From a virus, in the IMG/VR virus record IMGVR_UViG_3300009448_000012, positions 1-64,000 of that record: 64,000 bases of DNA; one strand, 5' to 3'. The translations under genes were made by a program, and so were the position numbers. Below are positions 1-10,172 of this stretch, piece after piece. The notes beneath the pieces are model-generated. The model was given only the letters and a program-made list of their open reading frames with translations. It was not told where the DNA came from and did not search any database. Position 1 is the first letter of the stretch. Each line of letters opens with the position of its first letter.

Positions 1-54
1 CACAAAAACTCAACGCTGCAATTTCACTGAACCTGGAGGTTGAATGTTTCCGTC

Positions 55-438
55 ATGACGAAAGGATCACCGAAGCCGTTGCATCTTGCGGTCGTCGATG
101 GATCGGCGTCGATTAATCCTGGACGATATGCGTCGAAGAACGAACGGATCAACGATGATTTGAAGATCGGTCCGCCCGCACCGTGGATCGTAATTAATGA
201 ACGATACCTTCGTTTGTGGATGTGGATGGTTGGGATCGGCACATGGTTGACCGAAGCTGATCGTCTGTCCATGGAACTTGGTTGCAGGATGACCATCGAA
301 TCCGAGGATTATCCCGCCGACACTAAGCTGGCCATGACACAAATGCGCATTCTAAAGGAATTGGGAATGACGCCCCTGTCGCGCGGCCGCACGTCGTCAG
401 GAAAGACGATGTCCAAGCCCGGCGGGTGGAAGCCGTGA
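55..438 (+). CDS. terS: Terminase small subunit (P27-like)
   Basis: N-terminal PKPLHL..DG...NPGR, a PP.W.I..W segment and C-terminal ELGMTPLSR match the P27-type TerS pattern. Lies upstream of TerL. Start could be 40 (TTG) or 55 (ATG). Confidence 0.75.
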   Translation: MTKGSPKPLHLAVVDGSASINPGRYASKNERINDDLKIGPPAPWIVINERYLRLWMWMVGIGTWLTEADRLSMELGCRMTIESEDYPADTKLAMTQMRILKELGMTPLSRGRTSSGKTMSKPGGWKP

Positions 439-584
439 CCATCCGGACCGCCTGTCGCATCGCGATGTTCATCGTTGCGTCGTGGATAGCCGGTCAGATT
501 TTACTAGTCGCCTACGATGCCGGATTTCGATCGATCGGTATCGTTCCCGCCATCGTTCGATCGATAATGGAAACCCGCCAATGA
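435..584 (+). CDS. Small membrane protein (49 aa)
   Basis: GTG overlaps the terS stop and its stop overlaps the next ATG. Hydrophobic stretch MFIVASWIAGQILLVAY. Confidence 0.55.
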   Translation: MTIRTACRIAMFIVASWIAGQILLVAYDAGFRSIGIVPAIVRSIMETRQ

Positions 585-868
585 TTGGTTATCTCGACGT
601 TACCTTGGATTATATGATGACCGTCGACATCCGCGACGTTCTTCCGCGCAAATGGAAGGTGATCGGCAGTTTGCCGACAGCCTCGAACCATCTTCGCTTG
701 GTCATCACCGACACCGACAACGAACGTCACAATGGTTTCGCCTTTCATTTGAAGCGTATGAAAATGACCGTGGTCGACGACGGCGACACGCGGACGGTCA
801 AGGTCGAGGTCGACGACACGCCCGGTCTGTATGCCCGACCCAAGTCAGCCGGCGAGGTGGCGTCATGA
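581..868 (+). CDS. Hypothetical protein, paralog of 865..1098
   Basis: ATGA-coupled; begins MIGYLDVT..LPRKWKVIGS..LRLVI. Confidence 0.7.
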   Translation: MIGYLDVTLDYMMTVDIRDVLPRKWKVIGSLPTASNHLRLVITDTDNERHNGFAFHLKRMKMTVVDDGDTRTVKVEVDDTPGLYARPKSAGEVAS

Positions 869-1098
869 TTGGCTTGCTCGACGTCTCGGCGGAAAAGCTC
901 CGCGACCTTCCGGTCATCCTGCCGACGAACTGGCGCGTGATCGGGTCCGCCCGGTGCGAGCGCTACGGCGACGTCCGGCTGATCGTGTCGAACAATGTCA
1001 GCGACCAGATCCCGGCCGGGCACGCGGTGATCCCGCTGCTGACCCTCACCGCCCGCGACGCCCGCGACGTCCGTACGTTCACCCTGGAAATCGCATGA
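865..1098 (+). CDS. Hypothetical protein, paralog of 581..868
   Basis: ATGA-coupled with GAGG RBS; begins MIGLLDVS..LPTNWRVIGS..VRLIV. Confidence 0.7.
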   Translation: MIGLLDVSAEKLRDLPVILPTNWRVIGSARCERYGDVRLIVSNNVSDQIPAGHAVIPLLTLTARDARDVRTFTLEIA

Positions 1099-1451
1099 CC
1101 GACCGGCGAGGCGAGGCGATGACCGAGATCGTCACCAGCTACCGCGAGTTGCGGAAGGCATGCAGTCGGCTGGAGAAGCTTTTGCAGCGGATCACCGACG
1201 CCGATGACCGCGCGCTGACCGACAAGGACCTGAAGCGCCTCGACAAGGCGGTCACGGTGATGAAGGTCGGCTTCAAGATCGTGAAGAAGGTTAGCGGCGC
1301 AACCAAACGCGACCCGGCGCCGCAGTGTGACGTGTGCCGGACGCCGTTGGGCGTCGGCTGGTGCTCGGCATGTTCCGCCGAGGAAGACGCCCGCGACGAC
1401 GCAAGCCGCCCTGTGACCATCCTGGGGGCTTCTGGAGGCATGCCCGAATGA
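1095..1451 (+). CDS. Hypothetical protein with CxxC..CxxC zinc ribbon
   Basis: CDVC...CSAC; ATGA overlaps at both ends. Confidence 0.65.
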   Translation: MTDRRGEAMTEIVTSYRELRKACSRLEKLLQRITDADDRALTDKDLKRLDKAVTVMKVGFKIVKKVSGATKRDPAPQCDVCRTPLGVGWCSACSAEEDARDDASRPVTILGASGGMPE

Positions 1452-1684
1452 CGAACGGACACCGCATCGACGTCGGGACGATCTGGCGAGAGGTCCAGGC
1501 GAACACCGCCCGGCTGATCGCCTGTCCGCGTCACCGGTTCCCGGACCGCACGGAATTCGGCCAGCGGTGGACCTGCGCGGCGTGTGGCGGCCTGCTCGAC
1601 GCCGGCGACGTCCTCGCCTACTGTCGAGGCTTCAAAGCCGCCGGCGGCGATCCTCGGGTCATCTGGGCACCGTTCGAGACATGA
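1448..1684 (+). CDS. Small Cys/His zinc-binding protein
   Basis: CPRH...CAAC; GGAGG RBS; stop overlaps the TerL ATG. Confidence 0.65.
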   Translation: MTNGHRIDVGTIWREVQANTARLIACPRHRFPDRTEFGQRWTCAACGGLLDAGDVLAYCRGFKAAGGDPRVIWAPFET

Positions 1685-3708
1685 ACATGCACGCGCCATT
1701 GATCCAGGAACCGGCGACGGTGTCGGAATTCCTCGGCGCGGGCGCGCCGCTCGACCCGGTGACGCTTTATGCGATCCTGGTGCTGACCGGCGCCGAGGTG
1801 GCGGGTCCGTATGTCCGCATGGCGTGCCAACGCCATCTGAACGACCTGAAGTACGGCGGCGGGCGCGGGTTGTGGTTCGACCAGGAAGCGGCCGCCCTGG
1901 TCTATGAGTTTTTCGAGAGCCGGCTTCGGCTTGCGGAAGGTCAGTTCGATGGCCAGCCGTTCCGGCTCCACATCTCGCAATCGTTCATCATCGGGTCGAT
2001 CTATGGGTGGAAGCGGAAGAACGACCAAGGGAAGGTCGTCCGCCGGTTTCAGCGCGCATACATCGAGATGGGGAAGGGCAACGGCAAGTCGCCGATGGTC
2101 GGCGGCATGGGCCTTTACGGCATGCTATGGGACCGCGAGCCGGGCGCGCAGATCTATTCCGCCGGCGCGACCTATGATCAAGCGTCCATCCTGTTCAACG
2201 ATGCCGTGAAGATGGCGCGCGCGGTCCCGGAATGGAACGACGAAGACGACCCGCTGATCCAGTACGCCGGGAACCAGAAGGTCTACAACATGGCGGTGAT
2301 CCCCCCGCCGCAAAGCCTGTCGTTTTTCCGGCCGATCAGTCGGGAAAAGTCGCGATCCGGATCGGGTCCGCGCCCGCACATGGCCTTGTGCGATGAGCTT
2401 CACGAACATCCGGACGGCGGCGTGATCGAGATGCTGGAGCGCGGATTTAAATTCCGCCAGCAACCGTTGCTGATCATGATCACGAACAGCGGGTCCGACC
2501 GTAAGTCCGTGTGCTGGGCCGAACATGAACACGCGGTCGCGGTGTGCGAAGGCAACGTCGAGGACGACAAAACCTTCGCCTATGTCTGTTCGCTCGATGA
2601 AGGTGACAAGCCGCTCGACCAGCCGGAAACGTGGAAGAAGGCGAACCCGCTGCTCGACGTCACGATCACCGAAGAATACCTTCGCGGCGTCGTGAAGCAG
2701 GCCAAGGACATCGCCGGCAAGCAAAACAACATTTTGCGGCTTCATTTTTGCGTTTGGACCGACTCGGCGACCGCCTGGATCAGCCGGAAGAAATGGGAAA
2801 GTTGCGAAGACCGGACGCTGAAGATCGAGGACATGCGCGGGCGCAAGGCGTGGGGCGGGCTCGACCTGTCGCAAACCAAGGACTTGACCGCGACCGCCTG
2901 GGTTTTCGAGGATGGTCACAAGCTGGTCGAGAACCGGAAGACGCCCGGTCAGTTCATCACGAAGCCGTGTTACATCCTGTTCGTTCGGAGCTACACGCCG
3001 GAAGAAACCATGCTGGAGCGCGCCAAGCTCGACCGAGCGCCTTATGACCAATGGGTCGAGAAAAAGCACATGGTCGGGACGCCGGGGCCGGTGATCCGCC
3101 TGGACATCGTCGCCGACGACCTCGCCGAGGACGTGAAAATGTTCGACGTCCAGGGCGTCGCGTATGATCAATATCTGATCCGTGATTTCGAAAAGGATTG
3201 GAACGACCTCAACCCGCCGGCGTGCAAATTCCACGACCATCCGCAAGGCGTGAGCTATCGCCGCGACAGCGACCTGTTCATGCCGCGATCGGTCGACAAG
3301 TTCGAAACGCTGTTGCTAGAGGGTCGTTTGCGGGTCCATGTGAATTTCCCGCTCCGGACGGCCGTCGCCGGCGCCGTGTTCTGGACCTCGCCGGCCGGGC
3401 TCAAACGCTTCATGAAGGACAAGGCGACCAGCCGCATCGACCCGGCGGTCGCGGCCGCCATGGCTGTAGGACTGGCGACCTTGAACGAACCCGACGACGA
3501 CAGCGTGTATAACAAGATCGGCGCGGCGAACGCGGCCGCCCAAGCCGCCGCGCAGGCGGAAGCGGAAAGAACCGGCGCCGTCGCCGCCGCGCTGGCGCCG
3601 GGTGGAGAAATCGACTACAAAATTCTGAACGACCCGACGCATCCGCTTTACGACGCCATGGTGCTCCGGTTCCGCAAATGGGAAGAAGATCAGGACGATG
3701 ACGACTGA
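1681..3708 (+). CDS. terL: Terminase large subunit (HK97/lambda-like)
   Basis: Walker A MGKNGKS-type motif (MGKGNGKS), Walker B ALCDELHEH, coupling motif ITNSG, WKKANP, nuclease GLDLS and RIDPAVA. Confidence 0.97.
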   Translation: MNMHAPLIQEPATVSEFLGAGAPLDPVTLYAILVLTGAEVAGPYVRMACQRHLNDLKYGGGRGLWFDQEAAALVYEFFESRLRLAEGQFDGQPFRLHISQSFIIGSIYGWKRKNDQGKVVRRFQRAYIEMGKGNGKSPMVGGMGLYGMLWDREPGAQIYSAGATYDQASILFNDAVKMARAVPEWNDEDDPLIQYAGNQKVYNMAVIPPPQSLSFFRPISREKSRSGSGPRPHMALCDELHEHPDGGVIEMLERGFKFRQQPLLIMITNSGSDRKSVCWAEHEHAVAVCEGNVEDDKTFAYVCSLDEGDKPLDQPETWKKANPLLDVTITEEYLRGVVKQAKDIAGKQNNILRLHFCVWTDSATAWISRKKWESCEDRTLKIEDMRGRKAWGGLDLSQTKDLTATAWVFEDGHKLVENRKTPGQFITKPCYILFVRSYTPEETMLERAKLDRAPYDQWVEKKHMVGTPGPVIRLDIVADDLAEDVKMFDVQGVAYDQYLIRDFEKDWNDLNPPACKFHDHPQGVSYRRDSDLFMPRSVDKFETLLLEGRLRVHVNFPLRTAVAGAVFWTSPAGLKRFMKDKATSRIDPAVAAAMAVGLATLNEPDDDSVYNKIGAANAAAQAAAQAEAERTGAVAAALAPGGEIDYKILNDPTHPLYDAMVLRFRKWEEDQDDDD

Positions 3709-3729
3709 CCGCATGAAGGCGCCGCGCTG

Positions 3730-4173
3730 ATGGCGCGCTTTCGCCCGACACACCTTCACGTCCGGTCGGGCAAGCTGTACCAGTTCGCCGCATACGGTCG
3801 CGCGGAAGCTGACCTGATGCCGATGGCGGCTTATTTCGACGACGCCGGCGAATGGTGGTTCCGCGCTCGCAAGCTGTTCGACCAGCCGGAGCGCTTCGCA
3901 CCAGTCGCGACATGCGAGACGCCGGCGGGCATGATCCATGCCTGGGTGATCGAGTGCGGCGGCTCGAAGCCCGACCGCCCGCTGTATATGTCGGGCGTCG
4001 ACGGGCTCGGTCGGTTCAAATGGGCATACGACGCCGCCGACGCCGTCCGCTTCTCGCGCCGGGTGGACGCGGAAGCGGTCGCGGCCGGCGACACCTTGAC
4101 CACCAAACACAGGATTTGCGAACATGGCTGGATTGAAGCAAGCCCGGCGCCGGCTGGCGCGGGCGCGGGCTGA
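3730..4173 (+). CDS. Hypothetical protein (DUF1653-like N-terminus)
   Basis: H.RSGKLY....GR.EADL.PM.AY...WWFR...F...RF pattern; lies between TerL and portal. Confidence 0.55.
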   Translation: MARFRPTHLHVRSGKLYQFAAYGRAEADLMPMAAYFDDAGEWWFRARKLFDQPERFAPVATCETPAGMIHAWVIECGGSKPDRPLYMSGVDGLGRFKWAYDAADAVRFSRRVDAEAVAAGDTLTTKHRICEHGWIEASPAPAGAGAG

Positions 4174-5542
4174 AGCGCCGGTCGCACGGGTCACGCGCGA
4201 CGATCAGTACCATTCCGCGACGTCGCGGATCTTCTTCGCCGGCAAGACGCGGGCGGGCGTGCGCATCACCGGCGACAACGCGCTGACGATCTCGGCGGTT
4301 TGGGCGTGCATCCGGTTCTTGTCGCAGTCGATCGCGGCCTTGCCGTGGAATATCATCGACGACGTGACGAAGCTTCCGGTCAGCCTGTCGGTCAATGCGC
4401 AACGGGTCATCAAACGCCCGTCGCCCGAATATTCATCGTTTCAGTTTCGCGAAACGATGATGCATTGGGCGTTGCGCCACGGCAATGCCTACGCCGAGAT
4501 CGATCGCGATGTGCTGAACCGCCCGGTCGGCATGTTCCCGATTCATCCCGAACGCGTTTGTGTGATGCGCGACCCCGATACCCTGGAGCTTTTCTATACC
4601 GTGGACAACGGGACCGCACCGCCGACCGTCCTCGATGCGGCGTTCATGTTCCATTTGCGCGGCATGGGCGAAGGTCCTGTCGGCATGAACGTCATGGCCT
4701 ATGCGGCTGAAAGCCTGGGCTGGGTGAAAGCCGTCCAGCTATTCGGCGCCGGGTTCTTCGGCAACGGCGCGACGCCGGCCGGCATTGTGACCATGAAGAA
4801 GCCTTTGACGCCTGAAGGGCTCGCCGAGATCGAGAAGAAATTCCGGACGATGTACGGCGGGACGAAGAACGCCAACAAGACGGCCGTTCTCGATGCCGAC
4901 ATGGAATACAAGGCGCTGACCGTCGATCCGGACAAGGGTCAGTTCATCGAGACGAACCAATTCCTGATCGATGAGGTCTGTCGATGGTTCGGCGTCCCGC
5001 CGCATAAAATTTACAAGCTGCTGAATGCGACGTTCTCGAACATCGAACATCAATCCATCGAAGTCGTGATGGATTCACTGGTCCCGTGGGTCCGCCGGTT
5101 CGAGGACGAAGCCGAATACAAATTGCTTGGTCAGAACCGCGCCGGGCTCGTCAACAAGATGAACCTAAACGCCGTGCTGCGCGGCGATACGAAAACCCGC
5201 CTGGAGTATTTCCGGGGCTTGCGCGAGATCGGTGTCTTCCACGCCGACGATATTCTGGCGCTCGAAGATCTGCCGCTGATCGGCAAGTCGGGCGGCGGTG
5301 AAAAGCGCGTGATGCAAGGCCAGTACACGACGCTCGAAAAGATCGGCGAGGACCCGCCGAAGCCTGTCGCGCCGGCGGCGCCCGCACCAGGGCAACCGGA
5401 CCCGGCTGAACCGGACGAAGACGAAGCCGAGGACCCGCCGGCTGATCCCGAACGGGAGCAGACCGAGAGCGCCGAGACGACCGACGAATATCATCGCGCC
5501 CTTTTCACGCTCGACCGCATGGTGGAACATCATGGCCATTAA
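4124..5542 (+). CDS. Portal protein, HK97 family
   Basis: AVWACI..LSQSIAALP, GNAYAEI, FFGNGATPAG, FGVPPH, FSNIEHQ. Confidence 0.97.
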   Translation: MAGLKQARRRLARARAEAPVARVTRDDQYHSATSRIFFAGKTRAGVRITGDNALTISAVWACIRFLSQSIAALPWNIIDDVTKLPVSLSVNAQRVIKRPSPEYSSFQFRETMMHWALRHGNAYAEIDRDVLNRPVGMFPIHPERVCVMRDPDTLELFYTVDNGTAPPTVLDAAFMFHLRGMGEGPVGMNVMAYAAESLGWVKAVQLFGAGFFGNGATPAGIVTMKKPLTPEGLAEIEKKFRTMYGGTKNANKTAVLDADMEYKALTVDPDKGQFIETNQFLIDEVCRWFGVPPHKIYKLLNATFSNIEHQSIEVVMDSLVPWVRRFEDEAEYKLLGQNRAGLVNKMNLNAVLRGDTKTRLEYFRGLREIGVFHADDILALEDLPLIGKSGGGEKRVMQGQYTTLEKIGEDPPKPVAPAAPAPGQPDPAEPDEDEAEDPPADPEREQTESAETTDEYHRALFTLDRMVEHHGH

Positions 5543-7283
5543 GAAAATCGCCGTCGCGCCGGTGCATCCCTCGGCGGTTGGTCTGGAGCCGATCGCGGCG
5601 CCGATGATCCCGACGAACTGGCAAGGGGCGTTCGCCCGGCTGGTGGACAGCGTCACGATCGTCGTCACCGCGCAGGCGAAGAAGGTCGCGGACCTGACCC
5701 AAGCGCTCGCCGACGCGAACGGGCTGATCGCCGCGCTGACCAAGAAACAGGCGGATGATTACGCGCTGCTGGCGAAAGGGCTGGTTGGTCAGAACATCGC
5801 CGGCATTCGCGACGAAGCGAGCGAGATCCGCGCGGACCTGACCGACATCGCCGGCAAGGTCGAAGCGCTGATCAAGGGTCGCGCCGAGATCGTCGACAAC
5901 GTCCGCGCGACCGACAAGCGGATCGACGCCTTGCCGTCCGTGCATGAGACGGTCGCGAAGGTCGGCGAGATGGTCGCGGCCGGATACGAACATTCGATCA
6001 AGCTGATCACCGACATGACCGTCGAGAAGGTCACAGCGCTGGAGGCGGCCGCCGGCGCCGCGCGGGATATCGCCGAGGCGGTCCGCGACGAAGTCCGGAC
6101 GGTGGCGACCGGTCTCGGCGACCTGACCGAGACGCACACCGCGACGCGGCGCCAGCTCGACGCCCTTGCGTCCGACGTGAACGATATCGGCGAGGACCTT
6201 GGCGGCAAGGTGTCCGCGCTGACCAAGGGGCATTCCGACCTCACCGCGGCGAACTCGGAAAACGCCGCGGCGAATTCGAAGCTCGCCGCGGTCGTGACCG
6301 AGCACGTCGACCGGCTCGGCGCCAATCTCGGCACGCTCGAAGAACGGGTCGAGGACGCGGCGGCGAAGTTCGGCGACAAGGTGTCCGAACTGAAGGATCT
6401 GGTCGAGGACTACGCTTCGACGGCGAGCAGCGAAGACGCCGGGCTTGCGGACCAGCTCGGGAAGCTCGACGGTCATGTGACGGCCGCGCGTGAGGTCGCC
6501 GACGCCGCCCGCACGCGCGCGGCCGAAGCGATGAGCCATTGCAACGATCTTTCCGGCACGGTGAGCGCGATCATCAAGGCGCGGGCGGATGAGGCTGATC
6601 AATTCGCCGAGACGGTCGAGACGGTTGGGAACCAGGTTAAAACCATGGTCGACGACCTCGCCGCGCAATTCGGCGAAATGAGTCAGATGTCGGTCGACGA
6701 CGCCAAGCGGATCGAGCAGGTCGAGGAAACGGCGCGGACGATCGGCGCCGAGGTCCAGGGGCTCGCGAAGGTGATCGAAGCATGCCGCGACGCCGGCGCC
6801 GAGATCGCGACCGATGTGACGGACATGCTTCGCCGTGTGACCATCTCGCTTGGTCAAATGCCTTCCGGGTTCATGATCGACCAGGACGGCGAGCTTGTGC
6901 GGGTTGCGCAGTCGGGCGAGGTGACGAAGATCGGCAAGGTGGTGTCGCACGGCCGCGACGCACCGGAAATCGTTTCCGTGAAGATGGAAGGCGAGCGGTT
7001 GATTTTCGCTCGATCGGATCGGACTGAGATCGGATGCACGGTCGTTCGCGCGACCGTCGAGCCGGCGCCGGCGATCACCGGACCCGACGCGGTCGATCCG
7101 CTGACGATCGGCGCCCTGTCGAAGGACCCGGCATTGCTGGCGCGGCAGGTCGAACACATGGCCGAAATGCGGGCGGGTGGTAAAAAATATAAGGAAATAT
7201 CGGAGAAATTTGGTACTTCTGAAAAAACGGTCGCCAAGCTGATCAGGGGTTATCAGAATGCCCAAACTAAAAAAGACGCCTAA
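5532..7283 (+). CDS. Long coiled-coil head-module protein with C-terminal HTH-like motif
   Basis: Heptad Ala/Leu/Asp-rich body, IDQDGELV..GKVV motif, C-terminal KKYKEISEKFGTSEKTVAKLI. Confidence 0.8.
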   Translation: MAIKKIAVAPVHPSAVGLEPIAAPMIPTNWQGAFARLVDSVTIVVTAQAKKVADLTQALADANGLIAALTKKQADDYALLAKGLVGQNIAGIRDEASEIRADLTDIAGKVEALIKGRAEIVDNVRATDKRIDALPSVHETVAKVGEMVAAGYEHSIKLITDMTVEKVTALEAAAGAARDIAEAVRDEVRTVATGLGDLTETHTATRRQLDALASDVNDIGEDLGGKVSALTKGHSDLTAANSENAAANSKLAAVVTEHVDRLGANLGTLEERVEDAAAKFGDKVSELKDLVEDYASTASSEDAGLADQLGKLDGHVTAAREVADAARTRAAEAMSHCNDLSGTVSAIIKARADEADQFAETVETVGNQVKTMVDDLAAQFGEMSQMSVDDAKRIEQVEETARTIGAEVQGLAKVIEACRDAGAEIATDVTDMLRRVTISLGQMPSGFMIDQDGELVRVAQSGEVTKIGKVVSHGRDAPEIVSVKMEGERLIFARSDRTEIGCTVVRATVEPAPAITGPDAVDPLTIGALSKDPALLARQVEHMAEMRAGGKKYKEISEKFGTSEKTVAKLIRGYQNAQTKKDA

Positions 7284-8010
7284 CCAGCTCCGCGCCGAAT
7301 ACGGGGATATGTGGACCTACAATCTCACGCCGCCCGAACTGGAGAAACCCGGAACCGTGACCGCGCGCATCACCGACGCGAAAACCAAGCGCGGCGAAAT
7401 CATGATTTACGGCGCGATCGGGATGGACTGGTTCGGCGACGGCATCACCGCCAACTCGTTCGCGAAGGAATTAAAGTCCCTCGGCAAGGTCGACGTGATC
7501 GACCTGCGAATTAACAGCGAAGGCGGCGCCGTGCATGACGCGCGGGCCATTTATACGCTGTTGGTCCAGCACGGCGCGAAGATCGAAGTCCACATCGACG
7601 CGCTTGCGGCGTCCGCCGCGACCTTCATCGCGATGGCGGGCGACAAGATCACGATCGCCGAAAGCGGGATGTTCATGATCCACAATGCGCAGATGATCGC
7701 GCGCGGTGGAGCCGAGGACTTCGACGCGGCGGCCGTGTTTTTGCGGACGATTAATCGCACCATCCTGGACACCTACACGGCGCGCACCGGCGCGAAAGCC
7801 GAGCAGATCAAGAAATGGATGGACGCTGAAACGTGGTTCACCGGCGACGAAGCGCTTGACGCCGGGTTCGTGACGGACATAGTCAGGAACAAGACCAAGG
7901 ATGAAGCGAAAGCGAAAGCTGTCGTTTCGCCCGTTTGGAATTATACTAGCGTACCCGTGAACTTGCGGCCGAACCGCCAAAAGGTCATGGCATTGATGGG
8001 CAAAGGCTAA
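7258..8010 (+). CDS. ClpP-like prohead protease
   Basis: INSEGG.V, ALAASAATFIAMAGD, FMIHNA, MDAETWFT..EA...GF. Confidence 0.95.
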   Translation: MPKLKKTPNQLRAEYGDMWTYNLTPPELEKPGTVTARITDAKTKRGEIMIYGAIGMDWFGDGITANSFAKELKSLGKVDVIDLRINSEGGAVHDARAIYTLLVQHGAKIEVHIDALAASAATFIAMAGDKITIAESGMFMIHNAQMIARGGAEDFDAAAVFLRTINRTILDTYTARTGAKAEQIKKWMDAETWFTGDEALDAGFVTDIVRNKTKDEAKAKAVVSPVWNYTSVPVNLRPNRQKVMALMGKG

Positions 8011-8027
8011 CCAGAGGACTGCAACAC

Positions 8028-9479
8028 ATGGCCAAACGGCTTCATGTCATGCCTGACTTTCCGGAAATCCCGGCGGGCCTGATCGTTTACGGGATCACGA
8101 ACGACGCGCAAGATCGTCTTGTCGCGCTTCGCGAGGAACAGGCGGACGCGCAGGCGGAAGCCGAAGCCATCGTCGCGGCCGCCGATGACGATAACCGCGA
8201 CCTGACCGACGACGAAGCGAAGACGGTCGCGGAACTCAAGAGCCAGATTGACCGGCTCGAAACGCAGATCACCGCCCGCGCGGCCGTGGTTCGCGCGCCG
8301 TCGCCCGGCCGCCAGACCCGGCCGGAGCCGGAGACCAATCGCGGCGCCCGTGGCAACCAGACGCCCGCACCGCGTCGCGGCAACACCGTGCCGGCCTCGC
8401 CGAAGAACCGCAACGATGAAGCCACCTTCGGCTTCGGCTCGTTCGGCCTGTTTGCGCAGACCGTCCGCGTCGCGCAGGTCGGCAAGGGTGCCGATGGGTC
8501 CGACGCTCGCGAGCGTCTGCACAATGCCACGACGACGTTCGGCAACGAAGGCACCGGCGGCGACGGCGGCTTCCTGGTCCCGCCCGATTTCCGGAACCAG
8601 ATCTGGACGAAGGTGCTCGGCGAAGAGTCCCTAGTGTCCCGCACCGAACAGCTCGTGACGTCCGGCAACGGCCTGACGATCCCGGCTGACGAGACGGCGC
8701 CTTGGGATACGTCCAGCGCCGGCGGCATCCAGGCTTATTGGGAAAGCGAAGGCGGCGTCAAGACCCCGTCCAAGCCCGCTTTCGAGGCCAAGAACGCCCG
8801 TCTGAACAAGCTGATCTGTCTGGTTCCCGTCACCGACGAACTGTTGGAAGACGCGCCCGGCCTGGAAAGCTGGCTTCGTGCGAAGGCGCCGGTCAAGATG
8901 ACCAGCAAGCTGAACACGGCGCTCATTCGCGGGACCGGCGTCGGTCAGCCGCTCGGCGTCCTGACCGCCGGTTCGCTGGTGACGATCTCGAAGGAGACGT
9001 CGCAGAACGCCGACAGCATCGTCGCGATGAACATCTCGAAGATGTGGAACCGGCTCTATGCGCCGTTGCGCCGCAACGCCGTGTGGCTGATCAACCAGGA
9101 CATCGAGTCTCAGCTCGACTTCCTCGCCTTCCCCGATGCGGCCGGCGGTCATCCCGTCCCGCTGTACATGCCGGCCGGCGGCCTGTCCGCATCGCCGTAC
9201 AGCACGCTGAAGGGTCGTCCGGTGATCCCGGTCGAGGCAACCAGCACGCTCGGCGACAAGGGTGACATCATCCTTACCGACCTGTCGCAGTACATGACCC
9301 TGACCAAGGGCCGCGACATCAAGACCGACGTCTCGATCCATCTCTATTTCGATCAGGACATCACCGCGTTCCGCTTTGTTCTCCGCATCACCGGTCAGCC
9401 GATGTGGAACAACGTCATCACGCCGCAGTTCGGTTCGATGACCCGTTCTTGGGCGGTCACGCTCGAAGATCGCACCTAG
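8028..9479 (+). CDS. Major capsid protein, HK97 fold with N-terminal delta domain
   Basis: DGGFLVPPDF, W..EG, VTDELLED, G.G.GQPLG, TLKGRPV; GAGGA RBS. Confidence 0.97.
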   Translation: MAKRLHVMPDFPEIPAGLIVYGITNDAQDRLVALREEQADAQAEAEAIVAAADDDNRDLTDDEAKTVAELKSQIDRLETQITARAAVVRAPSPGRQTRPEPETNRGARGNQTPAPRRGNTVPASPKNRNDEATFGFGSFGLFAQTVRVAQVGKGADGSDARERLHNATTTFGNEGTGGDGGFLVPPDFRNQIWTKVLGEESLVSRTEQLVTSGNGLTIPADETAPWDTSSAGGIQAYWESEGGVKTPSKPAFEAKNARLNKLICLVPVTDELLEDAPGLESWLRAKAPVKMTSKLNTALIRGTGVGQPLGVLTAGSLVTISKETSQNADSIVAMNISKMWNRLYAPLRRNAVWLINQDIESQLDFLAFPDAAGGHPVPLYMPAGGLSASPYSTLKGRPVIPVEATSTLGDKGDIILTDLSQYMTLTKGRDIKTDVSIHLYFDQDITAFRFVLRITGQPMWNNVITPQFGSMTRSWAVTLEDRT

Positions 9480-9490
9480 TCTCTGATGAC

Positions 9491-9514
9491 GGCGGCCGGC
9501 TAATCCCGGTCGCC
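9491..9514 (+). terminator. Stem-loop after the capsid gene
   Basis: GGCGGCCGG-ctaatc-CCGGTCGCC; no U-tract follows. Confidence 0.4.
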
Positions 9515-9555
9515 TAAATCGGCCCTGTGATCATCATTTAAAGAGGACTGCCCCC

Positions 9556-10062
9556 ATGGGCGTAAAGAACGAACACTTCCTGGAGTCGAACGACATTGTC
9601 TTCGGCTTCGGTGCTGCTGCACCGTCTAGCTCGACTGTTCAGCGCTTCAGCATGAAGAATTTCCAGCGCGCCAGCGTGCTGATTTTTCAGAACAAGGGCG
9701 CCGCGAACGGTTCGGCCATCGCGCTGAAGCAGGCGAAGGAAGTCGACGATAACCCGTCCGTCGAAAAGGTCCTGGAATTCACCAAGGCTTACCGCTCGCT
9801 TGCCGTTGGCTCGCAAGCGGCGCCCGTGAATAACTGGGCTGAATTCACTGTGGCGGCGAACACCTTCACGACCGACGCCACGAACGGCACGCGCGATGCC
9901 TACATGATCGACATCAAGGCCGAAGACCTCGATATCGATGGCGGCTTCGACGTGGTCGAGGTCGAAATCGGCAACGCCGCGTCGAACGTGCTCGCGGTCG
10001 TGATCCTGCTCCACGAAGCGCGCAACGCAGGCTTCCCGGTCGACAGCGGCATCGCCGACTAA
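9556..10062 (+). CDS. Putative head decoration/cement protein
   Basis: Directly follows the capsid gene, beta-rich, strong GAGGA RBS. Function inferred from position. Confidence 0.65.
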   Translation: MGVKNEHFLESNDIVFGFGAAAPSSSTVQRFSMKNFQRASVLIFQNKGAANGSAIALKQAKEVDDNPSVEKVLEFTKAYRSLAVGSQAAPVNNWAEFTVAANTFTTDATNGTRDAYMIDIKAEDLDIDGGFDVVEVEIGNAASNVLAVVILLHEARNAGFPVDSGIAD

Positions 10063-10131
10063 CCGTCGATCGCCTTTCCGAACGACCCCGGCGGTGGAGA
10101 TCCATCGTCGGGACGGTTTTCCCAATACTTA

Positions 10132-10159
10132 CCGGCTGGCGATCGTGCCGGCCTTTTCT
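10132..10159 (+). terminator. Putative intrinsic terminator
   Basis: CCGGC..GCCGG followed by CCTTTTCT. Confidence 0.4.
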
Positions 10160-10172
10160 GGTGGGTCATATC

